Origin: Phoronis australis
Taxonomy: Eukaryota; Animalia; Phoronida
Direction of reading: 5' to 3'
NCBI GenBank assembly: GCA_002633005.1
Contig: NMRA01000001.1
Span: 3,517,695 to 3,581,694 of the forward strand
DNA length: 64,000 bases
Under the pieces are notes generated by a model. It had not been told where the DNA came from. It ran no database searches and saw only the letters and a list, made by a program, of their open reading frames with translations. The position numbers and the translations under genes were made by a program. Positions 12,541 through 25,796 of the stretch are shown here, piece by piece (positions within the stretch are counted from its first letter, which is position 1; each line of letters opens with the position of its first letter).

Positions 12541-13041
12541 ACTTCATAAACGGACCTATCTTCGGCGGCGAATTCCCTATCCACGTTAATTCAAACGGAG
12601 ACGAGCCCCAACACAAGAAACGCCGCGAGACTGTCTAGCTTTGATGTCTCAAGGTCAATTCAGTGCTCACGCGCGGGGAAGCCTTGCTGACTGTTATTTA
12701 TAAAAAAATAAGTTTTAATATTACAACTTCAAAGACTATTTATTAGATTCTAACTTGAATATTTGCTACGACAGCTGAATGCAATTTACAGTTGTTAAGC
12801 TTAACAAAAAGTTACTGAATTACTTTACATTGCACAAGCGCGTTTCTACAAAAGTTGCGTCATGTGGTTGAAAGTTATTTAAAGACACGTCGAGTTTTTC
12901 GGCAAAAAGATTGTTTTTACGGTTCATGTGAGAAAACAAATCCCACACTCGTCTCAGATTTATGACATGGGCAAAACCTCTTGGAATTGGCAAGCCTCGG
13001 GATTTTGACGAAATTTCCAAGAGGTTTTGCCCCCGTCATAA
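12541..13041 (+). repeat. Dispersed ~500-bp repeat, copy 1 (BTB intron)
   Basis: Colinear with 18592-19083 (shared cgagactgtctagctttg, caaggtcaattcagtgctcacg, aaagactatttattagattctaac); ends in the hairpin TTATGACATGGGCAAAACCTC...GAGGTTTTGCCCCCGTCATAA. Confidence 0.85.
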
Positions 13042-14074
13042 GCCTTATTCTCTCCATCACACATTTCCACTCTTTACCCCCCACAGAGCTACGAGACGGG
13101 TAAACTATCGGATTGGCAACGTAGCAAAAGTAGCATATGCTACGGGCACCGCGATCACTGCATTTTTAACACTGGAAACGTATACATATCTCTACGTCCA
13201 GAAGCACTGACCTCAGTTTGTGCTGGGCCCCACCATTTTCAATATGTTTTGTCAAGGATGCGGAGGACCACTGAGTAAGCGATGTTCAAAGCTTTAGAGT
13301 GCACACATATCACCGCTGCGCCAAGCATTCCTTTATTTTTAACCAGGTAGTTTTGAATTTACAATTTGGATTTTGTTAATACAGAGCGGAAAATCTAAAA
13401 TTTTAAATTTGCGCAAAATGTATGTATTTGACAAACCGCGGGGCCCCTGATTAGTATTATTATCCTGAAATCATCCAATTCTATCAACAGGTGGCGCGCG
13501 TGGCTCAGTGGAAGGCACACCGTCTCATCATGTAAAAAAACTTTATGGAAAGCAAATGTGTCGTCTAAAAGTTTATGCGATTTCCATGCAATTATTAACG
13601 TAGTGAAAACTGCAAAAAAGTTTACATGGTCCATTCTTGCAGGCCAACTGTCTCGTTCTGTGACTTAAATTATTCGAATTAAAAAAGCCTCTATTGACAA
13701 CAATTCACGTTAAAAAATAATTGCAGGATGGTGGGCCCACATGCGTGGCCTGCGCACGTCTGGTAAAACGTGTATGAGACAGCCTGCAATTATTTTTTAA
13801 ACTATTCACGTAATCAAACTCAATTGAACTGGATACCTTTTTGATAAACTGCGTTCGTGTAGAGACTTGGTAATAATCTTAGGATTTATGTACGCATTTC
13901 CTTTGTATTTCTAATGTCAATGACGACGTATTCGGTCTCTTGAGACTTAGTAAGCGAATTAAACCTTGTTTTACATAAATGTCGAACAAAGTTCATCAAT
14001 GTGAAAGGCACGAATTCGCTATAGTTCCACTCGGGGGTAGAAAGCTATTAGTTTCGTCAAATGCTTTGGTAACT

Positions 14075-14922
14075 TAAAGCTTTCAACGCCGATCCGATGA
14101 GTTTCCGGCAGAAAAATCAGACGATATCGGCCTAACTGTGGGCGATTATCAGGAAAATAACAACCGTTGGCACGTCAAAAATAAGCTATCGTTGCATCAT
14201 CGCCAGGCAAAGTTAAACATTTTACCGCACCCAGATGATTTTTTCAGTTTATATTGATGGACATCGTGTCTCGACAGATCATCTGATGTTTGTTAAGTCA
14301 TCGACTGACGATGGGCGATGGTGCGCCGATATGCACACAATTGTCTGCACGCACGGTGGGCTATCATCGATTTCGCATCATGTCTCACATATCGGGCGAT
14401 GTCTATCCCAACGATTGAGTAACGATCCCTTTTAAAGATGAAAAGGCGATGCTTCGCTGACGTCGATCATCTGCCGGTCATGGGCCTGACTTCAAGCAAT
14501 GGCCGCGTTGACGTTGACCGACTCTAGTGATTTTAAAGTCACTAAGCCCATCAGCGGTTCTCTGAAGCTGGGTAATCAGACGATTGCAGTCGGATTTCGA
14601 ATATCTCCCGGTGATTGGCCGACAGACCGGGATTGTGAAATCGGGCGAGCCACGGAATACTTACTTTGCCAGACGGTGCACCGATTCGTGATTTCTGACA
14701 CCCGACGTCTGGCCGACGCGCCCAATAATTTCTCGACAATCTCCCGACTGTTGGTCCACCATATTAGCTCAGATACTCATCGATCGGAGGTTGTACATGC
14801 GACTGCGCCAGGCACCTCTTATAAAGATCTGATAAAAATCGTTCTATCGTGCTAGGTATCGGGATAGAACTTGATTATCAACGGGATTGACCGAGCATCG
14901 TCCGATTTATGACAAAGGCAAT
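14075..14922. mobile_element. Probable non-autonomous DNA element rich in ATCGG/CCGAT motifs
   Basis: CpG-rich block with many gatcgg/ccgat/catcg motifs, distinct from its flanks; termini not well defined. Confidence 0.35.
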
Positions 14923-16677
14923 AGATGACCTAATCTTCGTCAGAGAAAGGTTTCTAAAATGCCATACCTTTTAGGAAAGACGACAGCCATATTTTTTGGC
15001 TTGTCAGTTGACCTGCAGAGAGGTCGTCCATTTTTTCTTTTTGTTTACAGGCTGAATACTTTTACACAATAAATGATTTATTAACGTTTTGTCGCACCGC
15101 ATATTTCCCGTTCAATCTTACATTCTCAGTCATAATAAATAGGCCTAACCTTTATACCATAGTTACTGAATAGAGACATACATATTATGTTGTTACAAAT
15201 ATTGGCCAACAGCATTCATTTTTATTACATAACTTCTAGGATGATGCTGCGCACACCAGCTTGTCAAATGCGACTTCAGAATTCTAAAAGCGACTACATT
15301 CCGACTATCCTCACTCGTTCAAACCCCACCTCAAATTTTAGTAGCTCAACTCGTCAAACAGGACTTAAGTTCCGAGAAATTTTTCCACTTTCTATTCTAT
15401 GTTTTACAACTAACTTACTGAAACGTTTGAACTTTACCCGCGCATCAAGGTACAGAAATATGACGATTGCTTGCTAGACGCGTGCGGCTCTGGCGTCTCA
15501 AACAGTTGTTTCCAGGAAGTAAGTTTTCCCTCCGTGAGGTGGCACTATACAGTGATCCTGTAGCCGCGAATAATGATTTCTAGAAATTAAATAAGCTCTC
15601 GGGTGAGGCCAGTTTTGGCATAGTTTCGAGGCATGCTTTGTGCTTGGAAACATGCTGTGAATGTAAAAAACCTAATTTGACTGTCATGTAGAATTACTTT
15701 CCTTCAAAATGGAGTTTTCCTGTAGCATTGCCGTTCAGCAATTAAGGAGATAGCTGTGATTTAAAACAGTCCAGAACTGTTAAAAACTGGATGGCAGTAC
15801 TTTTTGGTGCCTGTAGTAAATATGCTCTCAGAATCTAGTGTTGGCTCGTGTCGAGCATTGGCAGGGAAATAATGGTCTGGGGACAAAAACTGTCAATTGA
15901 AAGGGAGAAAAATATGAGACAATGTTTCTGTCGTCATGTGTAGCTCCCTCAGTTGAAATGACATACAACTTTTTTCTATTCATAGCAGTTTTTGATAGAG
16001 TGAAAGAACGGCAACGGTAAGCCATTGGCGTGTGCTCCGCCAGACAAAACCCAATGAGAACTGAGCAGTGCATCATTATAACGCTCACCTCTGAATTCCA
16101 AATAGCCAAGTCTATTTCATTCATGAGCATAGTCATGCGCTGGGCTCATCACGATTGAGCGTTCCTAACTGGGATGTAGATGGCAGTGCAAAACCTTATT
16201 TTTCTTGACTGCTTCAGGGACATACGTATGCTTTTTCAAGAATATCCCAGATCTAAGCTTTGAACATTTTTCAGCGTTTAAATGGAAAAATCGGTTCACT
16301 ACACCTGTGTTAGTTACATATATGGACAAAATGAACAAATGTCATTGGGTTAAAGTTAATGTCCCGCATAGGAATTTTCAATGATTTTAAAAAACACCAA
16401 TGACAGTCGCGTGCCGATCTTAACGGGAATGTTCGACGCATAATGGCTTTCACATTAAAAAAAAAATAGGTGGAGATTCGTGGCTTATGTTCGTATTTTT
16501 TGAAAGCCTCTTCGCCAATGCATTCAAGCATTGATCTATCGGAGAATTAATCTGGCGAACTCCATAAACCGACAGCCCTCTGTGGGCGGCCGGTTACTTA
16601 CATGCATAGCAGGGTTAGAGTTGACCCATGGGCTTCCTAAACCTTGAATACTTCGTGGTAGAGATGAGCAAACATAC

Positions 16678-16936
16678 CTGATGTTATTCGCGTGTAAGGA
16701 TCGTGTACAGCATTCATAAAAATAAGAAGATCCTTGAACGTCCATTGTCTCAAAGCAGCCGCGTCCACCCTCAGTCGCGACTCTCCGTCAAGGAGTTTAT
16801 ACAGGCCAGGGCAGGAATATTTCAGCACCTCTTTGCTGACGTAAATACATAAAGTTTCGTTTTCATCAAAAATGAATAAATCGCAGCCTTGCCAATATTT
16901 GGTGAGATCGAGATCGGTTCTTGGCTGACCAGACAT
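16678..16936 (-). CDS. BTB/POZ-domain protein, exon 1
   Basis: aaaATG start; MSGQPRTDLDLTKYWQGCDLFIFDENETLCIYVSKEVLKYSCPGLYKLL...FKDLLIFMNAVHDPYTRITS; BTB-like D-hydrophobic, YVxKxVLxxxxP and FLxxIxP equivalents; GTATGT donor at 16677; joined CDS 612 nt, 203 aa. Confidence 0.8.
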
Positions 16937-16980
16937 TTTGACGGAAAGCAGACAAATGGTGAGGTTCACAGATGGTTGCC

Positions 16981-17007
16981 CATATATAGACAGCGGACGT
17001 GACGTCA
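16981..17007 (-). promoter_or_regulatory. Candidate core promoter of the BTB gene (CRE plus TATA-like)
   Basis: Perfect TGACGTCA at 17000-17007 and TATATA about 45-50 nt upstream of the ATG on the minus strand. Confidence 0.45.
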
Positions 17008-18518
17008 ATGTGCACCGCCAGGCACGCGTTTTTGTACTTCAATAAATTAGAGTGGCTTTCTAAAGTCATGTAACTCAATTCTGCATAACAAGAATATAAT
17101 CATGAAAGACGGTCATATTTTTGTCATGGACAACAACGGGAGCTTTTAAGAAAATTCAAGACCGACTCTAGTCTGTAAATCACTCTAGGCACACATGTGC
17201 CCTAGGTTTTACTAGTCTCCCGGCTTCGATAGGAATTCATCCCAGTCCATCGTGTAATTGTGCTAAATATTAACTAAAGACTCTAAAATCTGAGCAGAGA
17301 TACGTTGCAATGCTTCTTTCTTAAATGTCTGTTATCTCGACTACAGCAGTGGGAATGCGACTCCATATGAATATGTAGGCCTACGTTTTCAGTCAAAGTG
17401 TTTACACTATCGTGCCGACGATATCGTAGCTTTTCAAAAAGCGGACTGGTGAAATGTCTGGTGTTGATTCTACCAGTATTTAAAAAAGATTGTTTACGTA
17501 ATTTAAACAAAAGTAGTCTTGGCCTTAACCCTGCCACATACAAAAAATATCTAACAAAAAATGATTTCGCATAAAACCAACTCAGGTTTATTAAGAATAA
17601 CATCGTCTGAAATTAATTGAAAACAGAAAACCAATTTACAGACCAGATAGCTTAGGCTTTTACGATATTACATTGTTTATGGCACGTACGCAAAACACGA
17701 CACTGAGTCACGAAAAACTACTTCATTATGAAAGTGTTTTGTGGTCATTTCTCCATAAGGATTGTTCGGTGACGCGTTTCTACAGAATCAACTTGTTTCA
17801 TAACCGTTATAAAATGTCCAATGGATCTTTACGGTTTCTTGTGTAATACAGGTTACATAAACACTCCTGCAGAGAACTCTAACGGGTGGGGGTCGCGGTT
17901 CCGCTGTTATGAGAATTAAGTTTCCCTGGAAAACTTCGTTGCAACATAGACTATATAATCTATGGTTGCAAATAAGTTCCCTGAAGCACTCGTTTACGGA
18001 AAGCGGTACAGTTAAGTAATGACTGTTATTCATAAAGGATTTACTTTGAACTTTAGACCTCACTGTTAATTAATATTACACTGTGGTGTTTTTCTTAAAA
18101 GTTGAAGTTTCTTGAGTGGCCTATATTTATTAGAATAATCTGGATCATAGCTGGGTTAGAGTTGGGTATTAGTAATTAGATTAATGCCGAAATAAATAAC
18201 TGAAGTAAACAGCCAAGTTCGAGGAGAGTACCAGTCGACTCCCTCGGACTTAGTGCGCTGCTGAAAAATTGAAATATTTACCCTGTCTAACCTAAGCGTC
18301 ACCAATAAATATGGCACAATTCAGAGTTGAAATTACCTTGAGGCGTTGAGCCTTTCGCAGATTTTTAGGAGAAAACAATACTCTAGAGTATAGATAGTGG
18401 AAAACTACCCACGCCGTATATTTTCACCTAGGAGTGTTTGAATGAAAGACGGCCTACCAGAAAGTATTCAGTTTTAGAAAATTAAATTGGTTTCTGTTCG
18501 TTTCGGCTTACTTTCTGC

Positions 18519-19223
18519 CAGAAGTGTGCAGAAGAGGGGGGGGCAAGGTGCGACGGCCCCGGACATCCACGTCGGAGGGGCATCCCATCCGACTTCTTAA
18601 ACGGACCCATCTTCGGCAGCGAATTCCATAACCACGTTCTTTCAGACAGAGACGAACATCAACTCAAGAAACGCTGCGAGACTGTCTAGCTTTGCTGTCT
18701 CAAGGTCAATTCAGTGCTCACGCACGGGAAGCCTTGCTGACTGTTATTCAACTTTTTTTAAAAATTTTGATGTTACAATTTCAAAGACTATTTATTAGAT
18801 TCTAACTTATATATTTGCTACGAAAGCTGAATGCAATTTACAACTGCCAAGTTTAAAATAAAACTATAAACACAAAGTAACTGACTTACTTTATATTGCG
18901 CAAGCGTGATTTTACAAAATTTGCGTCATGTGGTTAATAGTTTTATACACGTCGAGTTTTTCTGCAAAAAAAGGTCATTTTTGCAAATCCTACACTCTTC
19001 TCAGGTTTATGACATGGGAAAACCTCCCGAGGCTTGCCGAGTGATTTTGACGAAATTTCCAGGAGGTTTTGCCCGTGTCATAAACTCGAGACTCGTGTAG
19101 GATTCTCTGTTTTATGTTTCAACTTTTTTATTTTTCTTTGTACTAGGGTTCATGCATTTGAGTAGAGAGAAGGGCATCCTATAAAAATCACCCCGGGTAT
19201 CACCAGACCTCTGCACGCTACTG
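18519..19223. mobile_element. hAT-like MITE carrying a nested insertion
   Basis: Ends CAGAAGTGTGCAGA...TCTGCACGCTACTG; flanks ctttctgc/ctctgtgc look like a degenerate 8-bp TSD (6/8); repeated gggcatcc and ccccgg motifs. Confidence 0.55.
18592..19104 (+). repeat. Dispersed ~500-bp repeat, copy 2, apparently nested in a hAT-like MITE
   Basis: Direct copy of 12541-13041, with terminal hairpin aatcctacac...gtgtaggatt at about 18987-19104. Confidence 0.85.
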
Positions 19224-21222
19224 CTCTGTGCTAATACTGGAAGCAAGAGTTTGAATCTTGTAGAAAATACACGAACCCACGGTTTCGTCCACCGTCTTGT
19301 ATATTTAATTTAGTGAAGTTAACAAACTAATTTACGTGGGTTTCCCATGTAAGTGGGCGGAACAGTAAGGTCTGTTAAACTTCAAATTGTTGTAAGATAT
19401 CGCCTCGCGTGTCTATAGGTGACAATTATGCCAATCCCAGCACTGTTAGTCAGGGTTGTTGCAGGCTCCTGTTTCTTCCTGAGAACCTCCTATGCTCAGT
19501 TTTGGAACCCAGAGGCTGTTGGTAAAAATCCGCTACCTTGCAAGGTCGGCCACGTTTTCATGAAGTCCACTCCAGGATCAATGTCCATAGTGACAATCCG
19601 AAAAGAACATCCTCAGTGTTTGGATTCATAATAATTTTGATTTAACTTTGTGAAGGAAAACATTTTTTCTAAAAATAAATTGAATGCCGTGCCAACACTA
19701 AATGAAAAAGAAAATCGTCCCTAAATCTCCCGCCTCTATTCTCCCATCTGCCATGTCGCCTCGGCTCGGTGTTCCCCAAATAGATGTACCCCAAGCCTGG
19801 TAACCCTCTACCCGTGGACCCATATTTGCAGAAATGACTTTTTGGAGAGGGGGCTCCATTGAAATGAGCGGCATTCTGGGGACACTTCACGTCATCATCA
19901 TCGCCAGCATTATTATTATTTCAAATTCAGATAACACGATGTTTACATGACACTGAGAAGGTCGCTACTGAAAATTTGTCTCTAAATCTCGTACTAAGCG
20001 CTTTTATTGAACGTATGCCATATAGCAATTATTGCTTCTCAGAGGTCGGATGCTTTTGTTTAAAAACAAGAACAAAAAGTTGGTCAGAATAATTATGTGT
20101 TTATTGACGAACGTAAAAATTTTGTTACACGACTGACAAAAACTTCTGAGACTATAGGTACATGGAAACACAACTGTGGACCCGAAAAAGAGTAGCAAAA
20201 ACATTTCTGAATGAAGCAGAAAAACGCATTTGTCCTCAAATTTGAAGTTAACATATTTATATTTTATGTTAATGACAATTTTTAGCAAGTTTGTCTATTT
20301 TGTATTTTCAAGAAATTGTAACGGGTTGCGATAACAACATTTAACCAAACCCAGGAACCTTTAGGACACTGAAAATGTCAACATAGGTGTTCAAAAGGGG
20401 TTAAATAAATCTATTTTTCCTGAAGTGTTCCTAAATGGAACACACTCTGTAAGCTGACAAAAGTATAATGATGTGTGGAAACCATTGATGATCTGTGTAT
20501 ACATGTTATTATTAGTGCGAAAAATAAATAGTGCACAGAATTGTATGTGTCCCTGTTTTCGCCATTTATCCGTAATTCTAAGAGAAACCTATATATTATT
20601 GCCGGATCCTTACAGTCTAAGAGTGTGCAGTGGAAAAATCGTTTCGCTTGCTCAACTTAGTTCTCTACCACGCTACTGCCCACGTGGTATGCATGCCCAC
20701 CTCGAAACCTAGGACTCAGGTAAATCGTGTCCTACTTAAAGTATGCCCACCACGTGATATTGCGTAAATTCAACTACCAGACAAGTTAGCTCACCACGTG
20801 ATCAAGTCGTGTGAAACAGCACAGATATTTTTTCTTAGTCCAAACGTTACAAGAAAATGGAAGTCATAAAAGTGAGGCAGGAATCCTTTTAATTGATATC
20901 AGATCAAATATGAAGACAAGCTGATTAATTTTTGTGTCTAACTTTCACTATATCCAAACTTGTTTTGAAACACTACCCGTGACATTTGCTAAGAGCTGGC
21001 ACATTTGCACCTGAGTTTCGTGTGCATAAAAGAAACCTTACGGGTGTTTTCAAAAGCGCCTGCAGGCTTATTGCTGGAACATCTTCCGTGTGTTTAATTT
21101 GTGGTCTCCGGTTAATACACGAAAACATCCTTGCGCCAGGAAAAAAATAAACATGTTTATCGCCCCCGTCTGCTTCAAAAATGTGCCGCGGAAATTTGCA
21201 GAACGCGGAAGTACTCGCACAC

Positions 21223-21952
21223 AAGGTGTTCCATCGAAATTAATACAGCGGTGTAAAGCAGATATCCCGGAGTCGAAAACAGACTCCCGCACCTTCAAAA
21301 CAGCTAACCAGCCCGAAAAACACGAACCCCGACCTTTAAAACAGGAATCCTGGGGATTGACAAGGACACCCCGGAACAGAAACATCACTCCCGCACTTTC
21401 TGTCAAACATTGTTAATCTCAAAAACAATACCTAGTTAGAACTTTTAAAGTGTTTTGTGTTCATACGACATGTATCAATTTCACATTTTGATGAAAAAAT
21501 AAATCTTTCTAATTTAAATAGTTGTGATATGTTGTTTTACCAAATGGGAATTTTGGACATCTTATGTCCGATCTCTAGCGACAACAACTGTCACAGAATC
21601 CAGAGGGATGATCCGTCAAGAAAGTTAGAGTGTGAATTCGTTGAGTTCAGATATTCCGATTCCAAATTCCGTTTCAATGATCCATGAAGAGTTGAAGTAC
21701 ACTTCTGAAGGCAAGAACGGTGAAACTGGTGACTGTGCAGGTCTTTTGAGTGAATAATTGTCGCGGTCCATTTCAAAATCCGGAAATTGATTGTACTCTC
21801 AACAAGTAAATCGACGAATCCTAAAATGCGGCCAGTTGTAAAGATATTTAAAGGAATTAATCAAGAGGTTAGAGGTTTTGAAGGTGCGGGAATCTGTTTT
21901 CGACTCCCGGATATCTGTTTTACACCGGATTCCTGTTTAGATGGGACACCTT
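21223..21952. mobile_element. TIR DNA element, short (deleted) copy
   Basis: Inverted ends AAGGTGTTCCATC...cggtgtaaagcagatatcccggagtcgaaaacaga / tctgttttcgactcccggatatctgttttacaccg...GATGGGACACCTT; homologous to 52445-53731. Confidence 0.8.
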
Positions 21953-22567
21953 AATACAGCGTACAGAAATTCATTTATCACCAGGCGAAAGAGTTTAAGT
22001 TTCATACTCGAAATCTAACTCGAAATTATGTTTTGTATTCTTCCGTTCTACTTTTGTGCGAACCCAAGACAATGAAGTGGCTATTGTCTGTATGCGAGTA
22101 CATTTTGTTTTGGTGCATATGACATTTTAGCCCAAGTTACCACACGATGCTACACACAATCGAATAAAAACTCGATTCTGTCGTCAAGGATTGGGAAAAC
22201 GTAAGGTTTCGTGGATTGAAATTAGTTATCAAAAAGGTAACTGAAGAACTAGTAAGGAAGGTATTCAGTTAACTTGCATATGTTAGTACCCTTTCTTATG
22301 AAGCGTATCGCGTTTTCATGTAGCGATAATTCAATATTTGTGGCGATCACTTCAAATCCTAATCTAATACAAACCAAGTGAGAGTCCTAAGAGAAGAATT
22401 TTAGACATGAAATTTACAACAATGTTATAATGTGACGCGGAATATGTTTGGTACCCTGTTTAAATGATAGGTACGAGTGAAGGTGAAAACCTGACCACGG
22501 AAATTAGCTTCCACTCGAGTTTCGGAATCTTACGAATTGGTTACATAGGCGGATTTAGGGGGGGGCA

Positions 22568-23119
22568 NNNNNNNNNNNNNNNNNNNNNNNNNNNNNNNNN
22601 NNNNNNNNNNNNNNNNNNNNNNNNNNNNNNNNNNNNNNNNNNNNNNNNNNNNNNNNNNNNNNNNNNNNNNNNNNNNNNNNNNNNNNNNNNNNNNNNNNNN
22701 NNNNNNNNNNNNNNNNNNNNNNNNNNNNNNNNNNNNNNNNNNNNNNNNNNNNNNNNNNNNNNNNNNNNNNNNNNNNNNNNNNNNNNNNNNNNNNNNNNNN
22801 NNNNNNNNNNNNNNNNNNNNNNNNNNNNNNNNNNNNNNNNNNNNNNNNNNNNNNNNNNNNNNNNNNNNNNNNNNNNNNNNNNNNNNNNNNNNNNNNNNNN
22901 NNNNNNNNNNNNNNNNNNNNNNNNNNNNNNNNNNNNNNNNNNNNNNNNNNNNNNNNNNNNNNNNNNNNNNNNNNNNNNNNNNNNNNNNNNNNNNNNNNNN
23001 NNNNNNNNNNNNNNNNNNNNNNNNNNNNNNNNNNNNNNNNNNNNNNNNNNNNNNNNNNNNNNNNNNNNNNNNNNNNNNNNNNNNNNNNNNNNNNNNNNNN
23101 NNNNNNNNNNNNNNNNNNN
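22568..23119. other. Assembly gap
   Basis: N run; further gaps at 46188-46202 and 63159-63354. Confidence 1.
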
Positions 23120-23208
23120 AATAAGCATTACAAAAAGAAGTAGGTTTCGCGCGCAAACGCTGTGGACCATAAACAAGTAGGTCTCTTAGTATACGACCAG
23201 TAGTTAAG

Positions 23209-23275
23209 GCGTGGTGGTGTAGTGGTATAGCATCCGCGCTCTATTCACCAGGTTGTGATTTCGAGTCTCTGGTAT
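23209..23275 (+). pseudogene. Degenerate tRNA-derived (Gly-like) fragment or SINE head
   Basis: GCGTGGTGGTGTAGTGGTATAGCAT resembles the 5' half and A-box of tRNA-Gly(TCC); TTCGAGTC is a weak B-box; no complete cloverleaf. Confidence 0.4.
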
Positions 23276-24849
23276 ATTGCAGTTTTCCTGTTTGACACGT
23301 TTTCTTTTTGTTTTTTTTTTGGCCTTTTTTCTTGGATAATACTTCAGGAATCAAGGAAAATGCTTGATTTTTAGAGGAAAAAACAGAAAAATTTCCTGGG
23401 CGGGAGGGGGCAAACCCCGCTCCCGACCTCCCCCCATTCGGTGCTATGCTCATCTACAATCGTGGTTTGCGCAAATGCTTAAGCCAGACAAAATGTTGGG
23501 CCCCCCCCTTGCGATATCCTAGATCCACCACTGGGTTACGTTATTTAGACGGAGACTAAACAGCTTATGCACAATAAGCACCACCTCCATCCTGAAACAT
23601 TTCCTACCTTTATTCTGCAATACCTTTATTCTGCAAAGTGCCCACCCCGACCTTTCCCCGCAGTTGTCGAGTACTTACTCGTCTGAGACGTAAGTCTCGG
23701 TTGTTGAATTATAAAAACTCGAATAACAAATACCCAAATTAGTTTTAGGCTTAACGGGGTTAGTGTTTACGGACCATTGTTTTGCATAACGATTATTGAT
23801 TTAGCAGCATTTACAGTCGAACCGTGCTATAACGAAAGTCTCTTACAATGAGCGTTTTAGAAAATTCGGAGACGAGTTTGTGGTAAAACGGTTCGACTGT
23901 ATTATCTATTAATATCCTTGAAGTGACCATCTAGAACGTAGAATATATTCTTGATCACAAAAAGTATGTCTCAAACGTTTCTTTCTATGGCAGAGAACAA
24001 GTTTCCCCAACGCGCAATTCAGGGTTACTGTATTGTCTTGTCAATCGGAGGTGATTTCGCAATGTGTTTTAAAGTTACGAAACAACAGTGTTCATCTAAG
24101 CAGAAAAATTGTGAAAAACCATTTTGTACAGTGGAACGAACAAACCTCTTTCACATTTTCTAGGTCAAACCTCAAGCTTTGCATGTATTTGTTCATGTCT
24201 TATATCGTGAAATTAAAATGTCAGCTATGTACCAGCAATTTCTCCTTTTATTTATGCAGTCGGCCAGTCTGCAATAATTTTAGCGCACGTGTCCCACAAA
24301 AAATCTATTCGTCAGACAGGAGACTTGTGTTGACATTGTAGGTTATTTAAAGACCAGGAGGCTTAGAAGGTGTCATCAAAATAAGCAATTAGCAGACTAA
24401 AAAAGAAAATCGAATTCGACCTTTTACTCTCATAAAGCGGTCTCACAACGTTTTTTACCTGGACAGAATCCAGTTTCCGTCATCAACCCAAATCACAGAA
24501 AAGGCTTTCAAGCGCCATTTTATTTTTTTAAATATGGGGTGTCCAACACCAATAAACTCTAAAGGGTTTCGTTGAGGCGCTGATGGTTTCGATGTTCTAT
24601 GGAAATCTTATCACGGCGAGGAATATTATGAGACTGAAGAGGGAGGGTGACAAGTGTAGTTGAACATGGTGTTAACCGGGCAGGGTTGGGGTGAAATCAG
24701 TGGGTGGTGACCGTAGTGCATGGAACATTTATTGAGCAAATTTGTTCATATTCCAAGTAGAGACACTAGTCTTGCCCTTAACAGCCTTTTCACAGGGATA
24801 AATACCTAATATCGACAAAGACGCCTTTCTGTGCTTGTTTTATGTGCAA

Positions 24850-25695
24850 TCATTGCTTGCACGATTTTCTCCATATCTTCAGAAACAGTGGAAATTGTGC
24901 AGTAAGCTGAACAATGTCACAATCATCCTTTTTGATATTGAGAATACTTTCAACTTCCCTCTGTAACTTTTCGATTGTCATAAGTCCATCCGGGTTCAAT
25001 TTTGTATAATTCTGATATGCCGACGACGTACTGATAGCCTTCATAATGCCAGTGACAGACATTGTCTGCTCAATTTTCAGCGAACTGTCATACAAGACTG
25101 CACAACTATTTGGAAATTCAACGTCTTTGTAGCCATTGAGCCTGCTGAAAAACTTTTCAGCTATTTCTTTCGGAAATTCTTGTCTCCAAGTCTTTTGAAA
25201 TCGGCCAATGGCTTGCGAAAGTTGTTCCCCTTTAGAATGGTTCAGGAAGATGTACTCAGAACGGTGATAACCACAGAATGCTAAACAGCCAAATGGTTTC
25301 AAAATTCTGTCAGCTTCCTTCAGAAATGCCGCCATGTCAAACCAGTGCGCTGCTGTAAAGGCAGTCACTAGCTCAACGCTTTTGTCGTCTGCTTCTAGTT
25401 TCTCTGCGCTTCCAACTTGGAAGGTGATGTTGGGACAACAATGGTTCTTTTTAGCGTAGGCAACTTGGCTCTCACTGACGTCAGTAGCGATCACGTGCTT
25501 AAAATGTGGCGCCAGGGGTGCTGTTCCTTGTCCATTTCCGCATCCGACATCTAGTGCCAGCTCAAACGGAGAGTGCAGTTTAACAGATACGAAGTTAAGT
25601 ATTTCTTTGTAAACTATCGCAGGATACAGCGGACGAGAATTACTGTAGAGTGCAGCGTGCGTTTTTCCTGCAAACAGCTGCGATGCACTAGCCAT
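24850..25695 (-). CDS. Class I SAM-dependent methyltransferase (Methyltransf_11 type, DDB_G0268948-like), 281 aa, uninterrupted CDS
   Basis: N-terminal LFxxKxHAxxYxxxRPxYP; motif I ALDVGCGNGQGT; VIATDVSESQV; GSAEKL...SVELVTAFTAAHWFD; ILKPFGCLA. AATAAA on the minus strand at 24728-24733; possible 5' UTR acceptor ttcacag just before the ATG. Confidence 0.92.
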   Translation of the reverse strand: MASASQLFAGKTHAALYSNSRPLYPAIVYKEILNFVSVKLHSPFELALDVGCGNGQGTAPLAPHFKHVIATDVSESQVAYAKKNHCCPNITFQVGSAEKLEADDKSVELVTAFTAAHWFDMAAFLKEADRILKPFGCLAFCGYHRSEYIFLNHSKGEQLSQAIGRFQKTWRQEFPKEIAEKFFSRLNGYKDVEFPNSCAVLYDSSLKIEQTMSVTGIMKAISTSSAYQNYTKLNPDGLMTIEKLQREVESILNIKKDDCDIVQLTAQFPLFLKIWRKSCKQ

Positions 25696-25796
25696 TCTGT
25701 GAAGTTAACTTTTCACGCTCTAAAAAAGAAATGGTGTTCTAGAATCGAATCCTGGAAGGACCCATACGCGTAATGGAACGGGGGACGCCTCTTCAC

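Larger units (their letters stand above)
22544..23533. mobile_element. MITE with 5-bp TSD, spanning an assembly gap
   Basis: GGTTA|CATAGGCGGATTTAGGGGG...CCTAGATCCACCACTG|GGTTA; the interior includes the N gap 22568-23119. Confidence 0.6.

Noticed and set aside
22464-23180. ORFs longer than 200 aa in the ORF track
   Set aside because: Artefacts of reading through the N gap; the same applies at 63061-63377 and 46102-46368.
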